Source: a virus
Strand: one strand, 5' to 3'
DNA: 64,000 nt
Virus record (IMG/VR): IMGVR_UViG_3300017447_000001
Coordinates: 1,227-65,226 of that record
The notes beneath the pieces are model-generated. The model ran no database searches. It was not told the DNA's origin and saw only the letters and a list, made by a program, of their open reading frames with translations. The position numbers and the translations under genes were made by a program. Below are positions 38,601 to 48,046 of the stretch, piece after piece; positions within the stretch are counted from its first letter, which is position 1; each line of letters starts with the position of its first letter.

Positions 38601-39184
38601 AGTTCATATTAACACCAATACTAACAGCTTTCTATAACGAAGTTAGACCCATGTTTGGGGCTACACTATCACAAAAGGAATTTGATGGCATACATGCCAT
38701 CTTAGAGGCATTTAATGGCTACGATGTACGGTACGTAGCCTATGGTCTTGCGACAGCCTACCACGAGACCGCGAAGACCATGCAACCTATTGAAGAGTAT
38801 GGCAGAGGCAAAGGCCATGATTACGGGAAGAAATTGAAGATGTCGCGCAAGCCATATGACAAGCCTGACAAGTTATACTACGGCAGGGGACTGGTTCAGC
38901 TCACATGGTATGAAAACTATTCCGCCATGGGCAATGCAGCCCAGAAAGAGGGTAAGCCATGGGACCTGTTAAACAATCCTGAATTATTATTAACGATGGA
39001 GGTGAGTGCTTGGGTGTTGAAGAAAGGAATGTTAAACGGCATGTTCACCGGAAAGAAACTGTCAGACTATTTTAACGACCAAGTTGAACAACCCATTAAC
39101 GCAAGACGTATAATCAATGGAAAAGATCAAGCAGAGAGGATAGCAGGATATTATGAAATGTTCAAAAAAGCATTAATGAAATAA
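38597..39184 (+). CDS. Endolysin, glycoside hydrolase family 19-like
   Basis: AYGLATAYHET, YYGRGLVQLTW..NY, ARRIING motifs. Confidence 0.9.
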   Translation: MKFILTPILTAFYNEVRPMFGATLSQKEFDGIHAILEAFNGYDVRYVAYGLATAYHETAKTMQPIEEYGRGKGHDYGKKLKMSRKPYDKPDKLYYGRGLVQLTWYENYSAMGNAAQKEGKPWDLLNNPELLLTMEVSAWVLKKGMLNGMFTGKKLSDYFNDQVEQPINARRIINGKDQAERIAGYYEMFKKALMK

Positions 39185-39186
39185 AC

Positions 39187-39477
39187 ATGGAAACACCAGA
39201 AGAAAGACATTTCAGATCCATATTCACGTACATAGCCGCAATAACTGTTATTGTTTTACTTTATGTGATGTGTATAACCTTTATCCCGATACCGAAAGAG
39301 AACCAACGGTTCGTAGATATAGCACTGGCGTTCTTGTTAGGGTTCATATCCAGCAATAGTCAGTATTTAACAGGAGGTAATCCAAAAAAGACAGAGACAC
39401 CAAGCATTGTACAAACAGGAGACAGTCCAACAGCAACCACTACTACTACAGACCCACAAACAACAACAACGCCATGA
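39187..39477 (+). CDS. Holin
   Basis: Two TM helices, small size, directly after the endolysin. Confidence 0.65.
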   Translation: METPEERHFRSIFTYIAAITVIVLLYVMCITFIPIPKENQRFVDIALAFLLGFISSNSQYLTGGNPKKTETPSIVQTGDSPTATTTTTDPQTTTTP

Positions 39478-39983
39478 AACGACTCATTTTAAGCTCCGGT
39501 ATGACATTATTAATATTTACCGGATGCAATACCTATCAGAAGCAATTGAGGCGCACACGCGAGTTCTTAGAAGCCCATAAAGACGTTGCAGCACAGTTCT
39601 GTGCAGATAACTACGGAGTAGATACATTAAGAATAGTAAAAGGAGATACGGTGGTGAGATTAGATACGGTAACTATCAAGACGGATAGTGTTCCGTGTCC
39701 ACCGGCAGAGAAGGGTAAAACAGTTTATGTGAAGTGTCCTGACCAGAAGTATATCACCAGAACGGTAAGTAAAACAGATACGGTTTATCTGAGAGATAAT
39801 GCAGCCGTATCGGTTAGTAACGCTAAATACGTGGTAGTGAGGGATAGTTTAACTATCTACAAAGAGAAACTGAGGGTGAGTGAGGAAAAGAATAAAAACA
39901 AAACCAAGACCATCTGGATACTGGGAGGCTTTATAGCCCTAGTGGGATTAGGGACAGTGTTAAAGTTAACAGGAAGGATATAA
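39474..39983 (+). CDS. Spanin, probably unimolecular
   Basis: Lipobox IFTG-C at the N-terminus and C-terminal TM IWILGGFIALVGLGTVL. Confidence 0.7.
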   Translation: MKRLILSSGMTLLIFTGCNTYQKQLRRTREFLEAHKDVAAQFCADNYGVDTLRIVKGDTVVRLDTVTIKTDSVPCPPAEKGKTVYVKCPDQKYITRTVSKTDTVYLRDNAAVSVSNAKYVVVRDSLTIYKEKLRVSEEKNKNKTKTIWILGGFIALVGLGTVLKLTGRI

Positions 39984-40022
39984 AGTAAAGGGCGGCAATT
40001 AAACACCGCCCTTATTTGTTTT
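39984..40022. terminator. Convergent (bidirectional) terminator between the two genome arms
   Basis: AAGGGCGG/CCGCCCTT stem flanked by A-rich and T-rich tracts at the strand switch. Confidence 0.7.
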
Positions 40023-40287
40023 AGACAATATCGTATTCCATAATTTGAATACATCTTACAGAGTTCTCCCAATAGTCTTCAATTTTATCAGACTTAAACC
40101 ACTTGTATGTTTCTGACCGTTCTTTAGGTTCGTTACCCCATACTTCTTTCCACTCTTCTTGTTCTTCTGCAAAGAATTTCTCTGCTTGTTTCAGGGCATC
40201 TTCTTTTTTATAATACAACGGCTGTGCTACACCGCCTCCTTCCCAAATATCACCTGTATACACTCCGTATACTTTCATATTAATCAT
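40021..40287 (-). CDS. Hypothetical protein
   Basis: 88 aa ORF on the dominant strand. Confidence 0.6.
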   Translation of the reverse strand: MINMKVYGVYTGDIWEGGGVAQPLYYKKEDALKQAEKFFAEEQEEWKEVWGNEPKERSETYKWFKSDKIEDYWENSVRCIQIMEYDIV

Positions 40288-40374
40288 ATCTTTTTATAAA
40301 ATCTAACCAGTGTGGATGTGTGATTGCCTGACCTTTTATATAAAAGAATCTTATGGGCATTAAGAGTAGCTGTT

Positions 40375-40572
40375 TCATGCTTTCAACTGTGTTTCTAAAT
40401 ATTGTTGTGTTTGTAATAACCGCTCTATAGTAACATCGATTCTAATCCTACCCACTTTGAGTGTAGTCATAAATTCACCATGTTCCTGTAATTGGCGAAC
40501 CCTTTTCTTCACAAGCAACACGTTTCTCATTATTCCGACTTTATACTTTATGACTATAGATCTGTTTTCCAT
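40375..40572 (-). CDS. Hypothetical protein
   Basis: 65 aa with A-rich leader after a hairpin. Confidence 0.5.
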   Translation of the reverse strand: MENRSIVIKYKVGIMRNVLLVKKRVRQLQEHGEFMTTLKVGRIRIDVTIERLLQTQQYLETQLKA

Positions 40573-40821
40573 TATTGTTTATTGTTAAAAAAGCCCCTGT
40601 AAGCTCCTATATCTCTCTACCTATAGTATGTACCATAGATGGATAAATAGTGGCTCACAGGGGCTATAAATGTGGTTAATTAAAGAATGTTGGTAAATCC
40701 CAAGGCTTAAAGGTTGGGAGTGGCAAGTAGTGTGTAATTGTTATTACTGGTGCTTGCTCTTCTATCTCGAGAATTTTCTTTTTGCGCTTTCCAAATATTC
40801 GCTTGATTAATTTCATCATAA

Positions 40822-42681
40822 TTAATATAGTGCTACTGGTGACTCGTTGTACTTATCTGTCTCCTCGGTGTAGAACCATGCCCTTAGTCCGTCTGGTATC
40901 TTTACAGGGCCGGTATAAGGTTTTGGTAAGCTGTGGTCTAAACGGTACACAATAGGTAGTTTGCTACTCACCGTTGCTGTTACTACGCCATCCTTAACCT
41001 TTAATACAGGCTTGGCTGGATAAGTCTTACCACTTGGGTTACCCTCCAGTATCATGGGTTTGTACGCATACGGGAAGATGTCATTCAAACGAGGCTGTTC
41101 CGTATAGGCGTTTAGTGCCTGTTTGCCTTTTACCAACGTACGAACCTGAATACTTCCTTCCTTGTTGCCTAAGTCAGTTGAGAATGTACTAAATCCTGCT
41201 GGAAACATATCTGACCTCACACCAGCTATTTCTCCCTGTACAGGCGACTTGGAGTGAATTAGTATCTCAGCTACATTGGTAGCGTGTTGCATCGCTACAG
41301 CGACTGTACTGACGCCATACGGTCTTGCATACATACTGTTGGCGAACCCTGCATTGTAGAACTCGTCGCTTTCTTGGTATAACAGTGGCGATTTAGTTCG
41401 AGGTTTAACATCAGCGGGGTGTAACGTTACTTTGTAGAACACTTTATCCTCGGTAATTACTGGCGCAATATCATCATTAGTAAAACACTTGATGAATGGT
41501 AAGAACGCTGCGTCTATGCCTGTATTCTGGACGTCAGGATGACGTATCTTGTCGCCATTACCAAAGTGAGGGTTAAGTTTTAAAAGTCCGCCCAAGCCCT
41601 TAAAAGGCCACTCATTTGGCAGCTTGTTATGTGGTGTGCTTTCTGCCCAGTCATTAGCCGTAATAGCAATCTGAATGTCCGGCCTGTCTTCTGGTTTAAG
41701 GGATACTAACCACTGCCAGTACTTCAATCCCCCTGCAAAACCAATGTCACTATATCCCGTATCAGAAGCGTACCTAAACACCCATGCAGGGGCACATAAT
41801 CGCTTCGATTCTTTACAAGCATCTAAGAACGATTTTGCATTGGCAATCATGCTATCAGCAGTTACGTTCTCTCCTTGCCATCCCATAAAGCCTGCTGCGT
41901 CAAAGAAATGTTCTGCTAAATAGTTAACCATGTCTTTACTTTGTGGCGCTCCGTACCCTTGGTACATAGGATAAGGGTTATCTTCACTCCACTCTGGCAC
42001 TACACGTTTGACTGACCCGTCAGGGTTCCGCTCAATATAAGGATCCACATGGTCTAAACCGCCCTGTACCAAAGGTAGTTGCATTTCTGGCAGGTATAAC
42101 ACATCATCCATTGTCCAACCTTCTCTGCTTTCCACTTGTTTAACTACGTTAATATAGTTACCAGGGAACAGATGGTAATCAAACAATAAAGGCCTATCTT
42201 CCACATCTTTTAATCCCATAGGGCTATTAATGGTCAGGTCTAATGCCTGCCATACATCTCCCCATGCACCGCCATGTTTAAGTCCCACAGCGAATGGTAA
42301 GCCTACGCGCTCACAGCCCCGGACGACCTTAACCACGTTGGAATACTGATTTCCGTCCCTGATAACAAAGTCTCCGTCTTCTGGGTGTATCCAGAGGCCA
42401 TTACAGCCCTGCTCTTCAATCATGTGGCGTAATTCCTGATCAAGCTCTTCCTCGCCATACACGCCAGCAAATGAGGCCATATAGTGATGGATGTATAACT
42501 TGTTCTTCAGGCGAGGCTTCTTACCAACAACAGATGTTTTAATGGCGGATATAACTCCATCTTCTCTAACATTACGCCTTTCAAAAGTAGTCGGGCGTTT
42601 GACGGTTGTTGGTGTGAAACCGTCCGTCCATGGTGCATTGGGGTTGGTTGTTTTCCTGCGGTATTGTGCTTTTGAACTCAT
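40822..42681 (-). CDS. GH71-like (alpha-1,3-glucanase family) glycoside hydrolase with C-terminal Fn3-associated-like domain
   Basis: KLYIHHYM (cf. VFAHFM), ITANDWAES (cf. ITWNDYGES), ITEDKVFY..LHP, PAG..GSIQV beta-sandwich; C-terminal PIVYRLD...YTGPVKI. Confidence 0.65.
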   Translation of the reverse strand: MSSKAQYRRKTTNPNAPWTDGFTPTTVKRPTTFERRNVREDGVISAIKTSVVGKKPRLKNKLYIHHYMASFAGVYGEEELDQELRHMIEEQGCNGLWIHPEDGDFVIRDGNQYSNVVKVVRGCERVGLPFAVGLKHGGAWGDVWQALDLTINSPMGLKDVEDRPLLFDYHLFPGNYINVVKQVESREGWTMDDVLYLPEMQLPLVQGGLDHVDPYIERNPDGSVKRVVPEWSEDNPYPMYQGYGAPQSKDMVNYLAEHFFDAAGFMGWQGENVTADSMIANAKSFLDACKESKRLCAPAWVFRYASDTGYSDIGFAGGLKYWQWLVSLKPEDRPDIQIAITANDWAESTPHNKLPNEWPFKGLGGLLKLNPHFGNGDKIRHPDVQNTGIDAAFLPFIKCFTNDDIAPVITEDKVFYKVTLHPADVKPRTKSPLLYQESDEFYNAGFANSMYARPYGVSTVAVAMQHATNVAEILIHSKSPVQGEIAGVRSDMFPAGFSTFSTDLGNKEGSIQVRTLVKGKQALNAYTEQPRLNDIFPYAYKPMILEGNPSGKTYPAKPVLKVKDGVVTATVSSKLPIVYRLDHSLPKPYTGPVKIPDGLRAWFYTEETDKYNESPVALY

Positions 42682-43265
42682 AATACAATGACTGATGTTT
42701 CGTTATCGTTTTTCTCGTTAATGTACATTTCTGGCGGAGCAACAGTGGTCTCCATTCCCAATAGCAGGTCGTCAATATCTGACGTTAGTTGGTCTAACAT
42801 CTCGGGGTTGAACTTATTAGTCAACGAGGCTATGAATAGCGTGTTCTTAGTGGTACGGACATTAAGGTCATAGGGGTTTTTATAAGCCCGTGAAGACTCT
42901 GTAGCTTCTACCGTGCCCACCAACTCCCCATTTACCCAAAGCCCCGCCATATCGCCTAAAAACGCACCTGCGGTCAATGTAAACTTAGGGTTGTTTTTCA
43001 GGTCATAGGGAGATGGGGAGTAGTCTGGTGTTGTACGTAGGTCTGCATACTCAAAACGCCCTGCTACGAGATATAAGGCGTCGCCTTTGCCTTGTCCTCC
43101 CCATGCAGCATATCCGTATGACTGATTGCGCTCGTATACTAAAAATCCAATAATATCTTTTGGATAAGCTTGAAGCTTAAACTCGCCCTCTCCTGGTGCA
43201 ATTTGGTACGCCCCCAACATCTGGTGTTTCTGGGCGCGTTCGTTAAACTTGTCTTGTGCGTTCAT
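42678..43265 (-). CDS. Hypothetical protein, possible LamG/concanavalin-like fold
   Basis: LWVNGELVG motif; ATGA-coupled to the GH71-like gene. Confidence 0.4.
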   Translation of the reverse strand: MNAQDKFNERAQKHQMLGAYQIAPGEGEFKLQAYPKDIIGFLVYERNQSYGYAAWGGQGKGDALYLVAGRFEYADLRTTPDYSPSPYDLKNNPKFTLTAGAFLGDMAGLWVNGELVGTVEATESSRAYKNPYDLNVRTTKNTLFIASLTNKFNPEMLDQLTSDIDDLLLGMETTVAPPEMYINEKNDNETSVIVL

Positions 43266-43359
43266 AAGTTTTCTTGTAAAGGTATTGATTATTAATGACC
43301 TACCCCGTACTCTACAAAGCCACGGGCACGGAGTTGGGATAGGGTGATGTTGGAGGGCA

Positions 43360-43614
43360 TTAGATGGGCTGCAATTGTCTATCTTTAAGAACTTTTTGAC
43401 GAACCGCCTTCGATATTTTTTGCAATTCCACTTTTGTCTTGCTTGCCCAAACTGGATCTTTTAGGCCCCTTTGTATTAAAACATACGCGGTAAGCCCTTT
43501 GTTAATCCTGGTAACCTGAAGTAAGGCTAATCTAGAAGCCACGGCAAAATGTCCGCTTTTCTCTTTTCCAGTCATTAGCCTAACATAAGGCATGTATTTT
43601 TTATGCTCTTTCAT
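43360..43614 (-). CDS. Hypothetical protein
   Basis: 84 aa ORF. Confidence 0.5.
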   Translation of the reverse strand: MKEHKKYMPYVRLMTGKEKSGHFAVASRLALLQVTRINKGLTAYVLIQRGLKDPVWASKTKVELQKISKAVRQKVLKDRQLQPI

Positions 43615-43644
43615 AATTCATTTATTTTATCCCCTGTATGGGGG

Positions 43645-44286
43645 TTAAACTGTTGGGGGTGAATACGGCACTTCTTCGAGTAACCTGTAAGCAACCATGC
43701 CATTCATATCAAATGGTAAAAAGTGCTGTACAAATGGGTTCGAACAATAGAAAGCAGGATAATAAAAGTATGAGCTGTTGTGCGCCATCCTTTTTGTTAT
43801 GTACCATCCGTCAACCGTTGGAGCACCTTCACTCACCGGCACCCACCTATTAGCTTCTACTAATGCCTGGTTAGAGGTTTGGAGTTCAGCGTATGCCTCC
43901 AATAACGTTTGCTTAGATTGATTTAATTCGACTATTGATGCATGATACTTCTCAACCAAATCGCACAGATTACGCCGGATTGTATTCTGACCTTCAATTA
44001 GGTTTATATTGCGTTCATTCTCTGCCTTCAATCGCTCTACCTCCCCCTGTAGATGGGATAGGTGGGCCTGTTGGTGGACCGCTTGTTGAGCCGATGCTTC
44101 ATGCCCAATCAAATAACCATGCCTTTTACTGTATTGAATATATTGGTCAATATCTGACATGTTATCATTGACTGGGAAAAGCCGTTCGGCTGCCTCTGTA
44201 GCGGTTTCTTGCTCTCCGAACACTTCGGGACAGGCTACTAGGTTCGGCTGCTCCTGCGCCTCTGCCTGTTGTTTTGGGTTGCTCAA
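43645..44286 (-). CDS. Coiled-coil protein with C-terminal DUF551-like domain; TTG start lies in the TnpB element end
   Basis: RWVPVSEGAPTVDGWY pattern; begins TTG-AGC-AAC-CCA. Confidence 0.65.
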   Translation of the reverse strand: MSNPKQQAEAQEQPNLVACPEVFGEQETATEAAERLFPVNDNMSDIDQYIQYSKRHGYLIGHEASAQQAVHQQAHLSHLQGEVERLKAENERNINLIEGQNTIRRNLCDLVEKYHASIVELNQSKQTLLEAYAELQTSNQALVEANRWVPVSEGAPTVDGWYITKRMAHNSSYFYYPAFYCSNPFVQHFLPFDMNGMVAYRLLEEVPYSPPTV

Positions 44287-44415
44287 AACTTTAATGTTTA
44301 AAGATTAATAAATCTGTTAATTTTTAATTCTTGCTTCATCGACAGGCTGAGTTAGCGAACTAACTGAACTCCCATCTCCACAAGCTTGACTTCCCGTAGT
44401 CTTTACGGTAGGGCT
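44277..44415 (-). ncRNA. Predicted TnpB omega-RNA scaffold overlapping the tnpB 3' end
   Basis: Hairpins CCGTA-AAGAC-TACGG (44394-44408) and AGTTAG-TTCG-CTAACT (44350-44365), then GTCGATGAAGCAAGAA and element end GTTTTGAGCAACC. Confidence 0.65.
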
Positions 44416-45489
44416 GTAATTAGCCAAGTTTATTGCTGCGTTTAAGTCCCTGTCGATAGAAAACCCACAAGCATCGCAGTTGTACATTCTTTCGGATAGT
44501 TTTAAATCTTTCTTTTTGTTGCCACACATAGAGCATAGCTTTGAACTAGGAAAAAATCTATCAGCTATAATAACCTCTTTACCCTGCCATTCGGCCTTGT
44601 ACTTAATTTGTCTAAAACCTTCAGCTATACCTACATCACTTAGCGCCAGAGAAAGGCTCCTGTTCTTAATCATATTAGCTACGCTTAGCCCTTCTATGAC
44701 TATTTTATCGGCCTTGTTAACTATACTTGTTGTGGCGCAATGTAAGGCGTGACTTCTAACGCAGGATATGCGGTAATGTAGCTTTGATAGCTTTATCTTT
44801 GCTTTCTCTCTATTGTTGGAATCTTTTTTCTTTCGAGCCAGCGACTTGTTTGCTCTTCTTAGTTTCTTGAGGTTTACTCTTAAAGATCTAGGGTTATTGT
44901 AAACACTACCATCAGATGTTACAAACATTGATTTTATACCAGCATCCACACCTATAACAACTTGGTTCTCGTTATTTACAGACATGTCTGTTTCACTGGT
45001 TTCAACATTTATGATGGCAAACCATTTGTCGGATATGCGCTTAACTTTTACTGAATTTACCCTTCCAACAAACCTCAAGTTTTCAGCACACTTTACTTTG
45101 CCTACTTTAGGTATGTGTATGCGATAATCCTTTTGCCAGTAAGCTTCTTTGTTCTCGACTGCTACAAAGCTGTCTCTTACTCCTTTCTTTTTAAACTTTG
45201 GGTATTTTGTGCCTAGCTTCCACATGGATTTATATGCTTTTTCCAAATTGTGAATAGCATATTGAGGCGCAGTTTTGCTGACTTCCATGTAAAATGGCAT
45301 CTCACTTCTTTTGATTGAATTTTGAAGCTTAATAAGGCTGTAAGCGCTAGGTTTATCTCCCAACTTGTGCAACTCTTGCCATTTTGATAAAGCCCAGTTA
45401 TAACTATGCCGCGCCACGCCACAAGACTTTTTAAAAAGCACTTCTTGCTTGAACGTAGGATACAATCGTATAACATGGGTTTTTATCAT
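44317..45489 (-). CDS. tnpB: TnpB RNA-guided endonuclease, catalytic triad intact
   Basis: N-terminal IRLYPT...GVARHSYNWAL; RuvC-I GVDAG, RuvC-II VIEGL, Zn finger CSMC/CDAC, RuvC-III DRDLNAAINL. Confidence 0.95.
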   Translation of the reverse strand: MIKTHVIRLYPTFKQEVLFKKSCGVARHSYNWALSKWQELHKLGDKPSAYSLIKLQNSIKRSEMPFYMEVSKTAPQYAIHNLEKAYKSMWKLGTKYPKFKKKGVRDSFVAVENKEAYWQKDYRIHIPKVGKVKCAENLRFVGRVNSVKVKRISDKWFAIINVETSETDMSVNNENQVVIGVDAGIKSMFVTSDGSVYNNPRSLRVNLKKLRRANKSLARKKKDSNNREKAKIKLSKLHYRISCVRSHALHCATTSIVNKADKIVIEGLSVANMIKNRSLSLALSDVGIAEGFRQIKYKAEWQGKEVIIADRFFPSSKLCSMCGNKKKDLKLSERMYNCDACGFSIDRDLNAAINLANYSPTVKTTGSQACGDGSSVSSLTQPVDEARIKN

Positions 45490-45522
45490 TGCTTGGTTTC
45501 TAGTGTTTAAAAATTCGGTTGC

Positions 45523-45789
45523 TCATGGGGTGTGGGGTATGTAGATTTCGTTTAAAAATCGCTTTAGGTATTTGCTATCAACAGGATTTGCGCCTTGCAA
45601 AATACACTTATGATACAAGTGCTTTGCAATGTCGTAATGTGGTTGAAACTTGCCTTTTTTGTTAGAGTAATGGCAACGCTTAATACCTAACTTTTCGGCA
45701 AAGTGATGCAACTCTTCGATTGTGCTGCCTACCATATGGCTATACATACCTTTGCCAGGGTATGATTTTGGGTGGTCAATCAAAATCAT
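45523..45789 (-). CDS. DUF4031-like protein
   Basis: HMVGSTIEELHHFAEKLG...PHYDI pattern. Confidence 0.75.
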   Translation of the reverse strand: MILIDHPKSYPGKGMYSHMVGSTIEELHHFAEKLGIKRCHYSNKKGKFQPHYDIAKHLYHKCILQGANPVDSKYLKRFLNEIYIPHTP

Positions 45790-46301
45790 GCTTTCTCCTT
45801 TCTAAGTTTATCCAACTCTGCCTGTGTTTCGGCAAGTTGTTGGGTGAGGGTGGCGGCAGCAGCATTCCACCCTTTAATACAGGCCTCTCTTAAAACAGCG
45901 TTAGCATCAAAATCACCACTTAAATCGTCATCGCCAGGAATATTAATAATTGCAGCCGGGTATTCACTGAATGCAAACCGCTCGCTCTCCCCCTCCACGC
46001 TTTGCGGTTCAGGTTCAGGCACGGGTTCAAGGGCGACGAGGGGTATGGTCCCTTTCCCCGAACAGATTTGACAATTTACTTTATGCCCATACTTCCTACG
46101 GATATTACCCGAACCAAAACAGTTCCAACAGGCTATCACCCTATCCCCTACTTTAAATACGGGTGTATCTAGGGGCGCGCGTTGGTACATTTGTATTGGA
46201 CCACCATCACAGTAAGGGTAGGCGGTCTCTTTCCACAGCTTCCGCTGCTCTTCCGGTAGTTTACCCCAATCTTCGGGGGTGATAAGTTCTTGTGCGGTCA
46301 T
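45786..46301 (-). CDS. Protein with DnaJ-type CxxCxGxG zinc finger
   Basis: CWNCFGSG and CQICSGKG. Confidence 0.65.
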   Translation of the reverse strand: MTAQELITPEDWGKLPEEQRKLWKETAYPYCDGGPIQMYQRAPLDTPVFKVGDRVIACWNCFGSGNIRRKYGHKVNCQICSGKGTIPLVALEPVPEPEPQSVEGESERFAFSEYPAAIINIPGDDDLSGDFDANAVLREACIKGWNAAAATLTQQLAETQAELDKLRKEKA

Positions 46302-46531
46302 ATTAGCTTTATTTGCTTACCGTTAAAAATGTAAAACTCTTCTCCATAAAAGAAACTGGCGCTGTCGTTACATTTTATTTTCATACCCCAGCCTACCGGC
46401 GTACGTTCTATGTCTGTCACTTCGCCCTCATCGCGATAATGTGGGTGCTTTGGGTCAATGACTTTAACTTCTCTGCCAATCCATTTGGCTTTAAAAGCTT
46501 CTACTTCCGGGGTGATTAAATTATCGTTCAT
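46298..46531 (-). CDS. Small SH3/KOW-like hypothetical protein
   Basis: IGREVKVI...EGEVTDI pattern. Confidence 0.5.
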   Translation of the reverse strand: MNDNLITPEVEAFKAKWIGREVKVIDPKHPHYRDEGEVTDIERTPVGWGMKIKCNDSASFFYGEEFYIFNGKQIKLI

Positions 46532-47019
46532 GGGTGGGTGGGGTTAGGCGTAAAGCTGCATGACAGCCATTTTAATACAGGTTGCTTTATCTCGACTGTT
46601 ATCGCTTTGCATATGGCTTAAAGCGCAATAAAGTATATCGGCTTTCTTTTGAAAACTTGCATCAAAATAATACCCTAAGGCTGTTTCTTCGGTTGGTTTT
46701 GGCTGTTTACTATCTTTCATATCCTTTCAATTTATTGGTGAGGTTCGGGGGTGTTGGTTGGGGATGGGATGAAAAGGTTCATTCTTCTTCTACTTTGCTG
46801 ATTAAATAAATAATGGTTCCTACTACTATAGCAATCAATACGATGATGGGAACCTTGCTGATGGTTAATGCTATAGTCATGGTGTTTGATTTAAGTTGTG
46901 ATACAGTAGATATAGGCTCACTATGGCGTAAGCTAACAGTTTATATGTCCCGTAGATGATAAGAGCGCACAGGGACGCTAAAGCCGCTATAATGGCACTG
47001 TAAGTAAGTGGTACGTGTT

Positions 47020-47625
47020 TCATCCATTCTTATTGATTGATAATAAAAAATCGTAGTATATGCTTAAGCCAACCTTGGGGTTTACGCAGTTTCTTAAAAT
47101 CTTCCTTTTGTCTGTTATATCAAATCGGCTGAGACTTATGCCATATACTTTTTCCAAATCTTTAACTTTAGCTGACCTTAACACTGCGCTCTCGAAATTT
47201 TTAACTCTTAATGTAAAGTTACTCCAAAATAAATGTCTGTCTATACAGGTGGCGGCAATCAGTGGGTTATAGTATGGTATAACATTCTCAACTACCCACC
47301 TGCATTTTGCATGGTGTTTGAGAAATAAAATCTCTTCGTATAACCTCATGTCTGGATAAGCAGGCTTGGCCCCTTTTACGCCAACACTGATATGTTTTCT
47401 CATCCGAGAATGTGTAGGACAGGGCGGACTTGACCATATAAAGTCAAAGTTTTGATAATTTTCTAACAGATAAGAATGCGCGTCTCCCACAATTACGGTA
47501 TCATTGGGATACATGTCTTGATAAATTAAAGCTATGTTAGGGTTATACTCTACCGCAGTAACTTCGCAATCGTGCCACAGCTTTCTATTACCGCCAATAC
47601 CAGCATAAAGGTTTAATATTTTCAT
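47020..47625 (-). CDS. Short C5 DNA cytosine methyltransferase
   Basis: Motif I LYAGIGG, motif IV SPPC, motif VI ENV. Confidence 0.85.
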   Translation of the reverse strand: MKILNLYAGIGGNRKLWHDCEVTAVEYNPNIALIYQDMYPNDTVIVGDAHSYLLENYQNFDFIWSSPPCPTHSRMRKHISVGVKGAKPAYPDMRLYEEILFLKHHAKCRWVVENVIPYYNPLIAATCIDRHLFWSNFTLRVKNFESAVLRSAKVKDLEKVYGISLSRFDITDKRKILRNCVNPKVGLSIYYDFLLSINKNG

Positions 47626-47629
47626 TGTT

Positions 47630-48046
47630 TTACTTGTTTAATCTTGATTGTGATAAACCTAGTTCTTTTGCTTCTGCACTATGCGATTCTATCCATGAAT
47701 GGCACAATCTACAGGACGACATCCATGTCGCTGTGTCAAGCAGATATTCGCCCCTGCCTTTCATGTGATGCACATCTGTACTTACTCCTGTACATCCATT
47801 AAGTTGCGCCATACAGAAAGGATGTTGTTCTAAGAATACCTTACGCAGTGCGGAGTATGCCTTGTTTAACTTGTCTTGCTTATCTGATATGGATTTAATG
47901 GGCTGACGTGGCTTTGTGGGGCCTTTAGGGGCTGTCTGTGACACTTTCTCTCTCATGGCGCACTGTTGGCACGTTTTAGGGTTAGAGCGCCATAGCTTAG
48001 CTACAAGCTTCTTGCAGACAGAACACTGTTTTGGCTTTAAAACCAT
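47630..48046 (-). CDS. HNH-family nuclease-like protein
   Basis: CM...C...DVHH...CRLCH; N-terminal CxxC pairs. Confidence 0.7.
   Translation of the reverse strand: MVLKPKQCSVCKKLVAKLWRSNPKTCQQCAMREKVSQTAPKGPTKPRQPIKSISDKQDKLNKAYSALRKVFLEQHPFCMAQLNGCTGVSTDVHHMKGRGEYLLDTATWMSSCRLCHSWIESHSAEAKELGLSQSRLNK

Larger units (their letters stand above)
44277..45525 (-). mobile_element. Non-autonomous IS607/IS200-IS605-type element (TnpB only) bounded by a TGAGCAACC direct repeat
   Basis: GGTTGCTCA at 44277-44285 and 45517-45525; removing 1240 bp restores ATGAGCAACCCAAAACAA (MSNPKQ) coupled to the DUF4031 stop; no tnpA. Confidence 0.8.
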
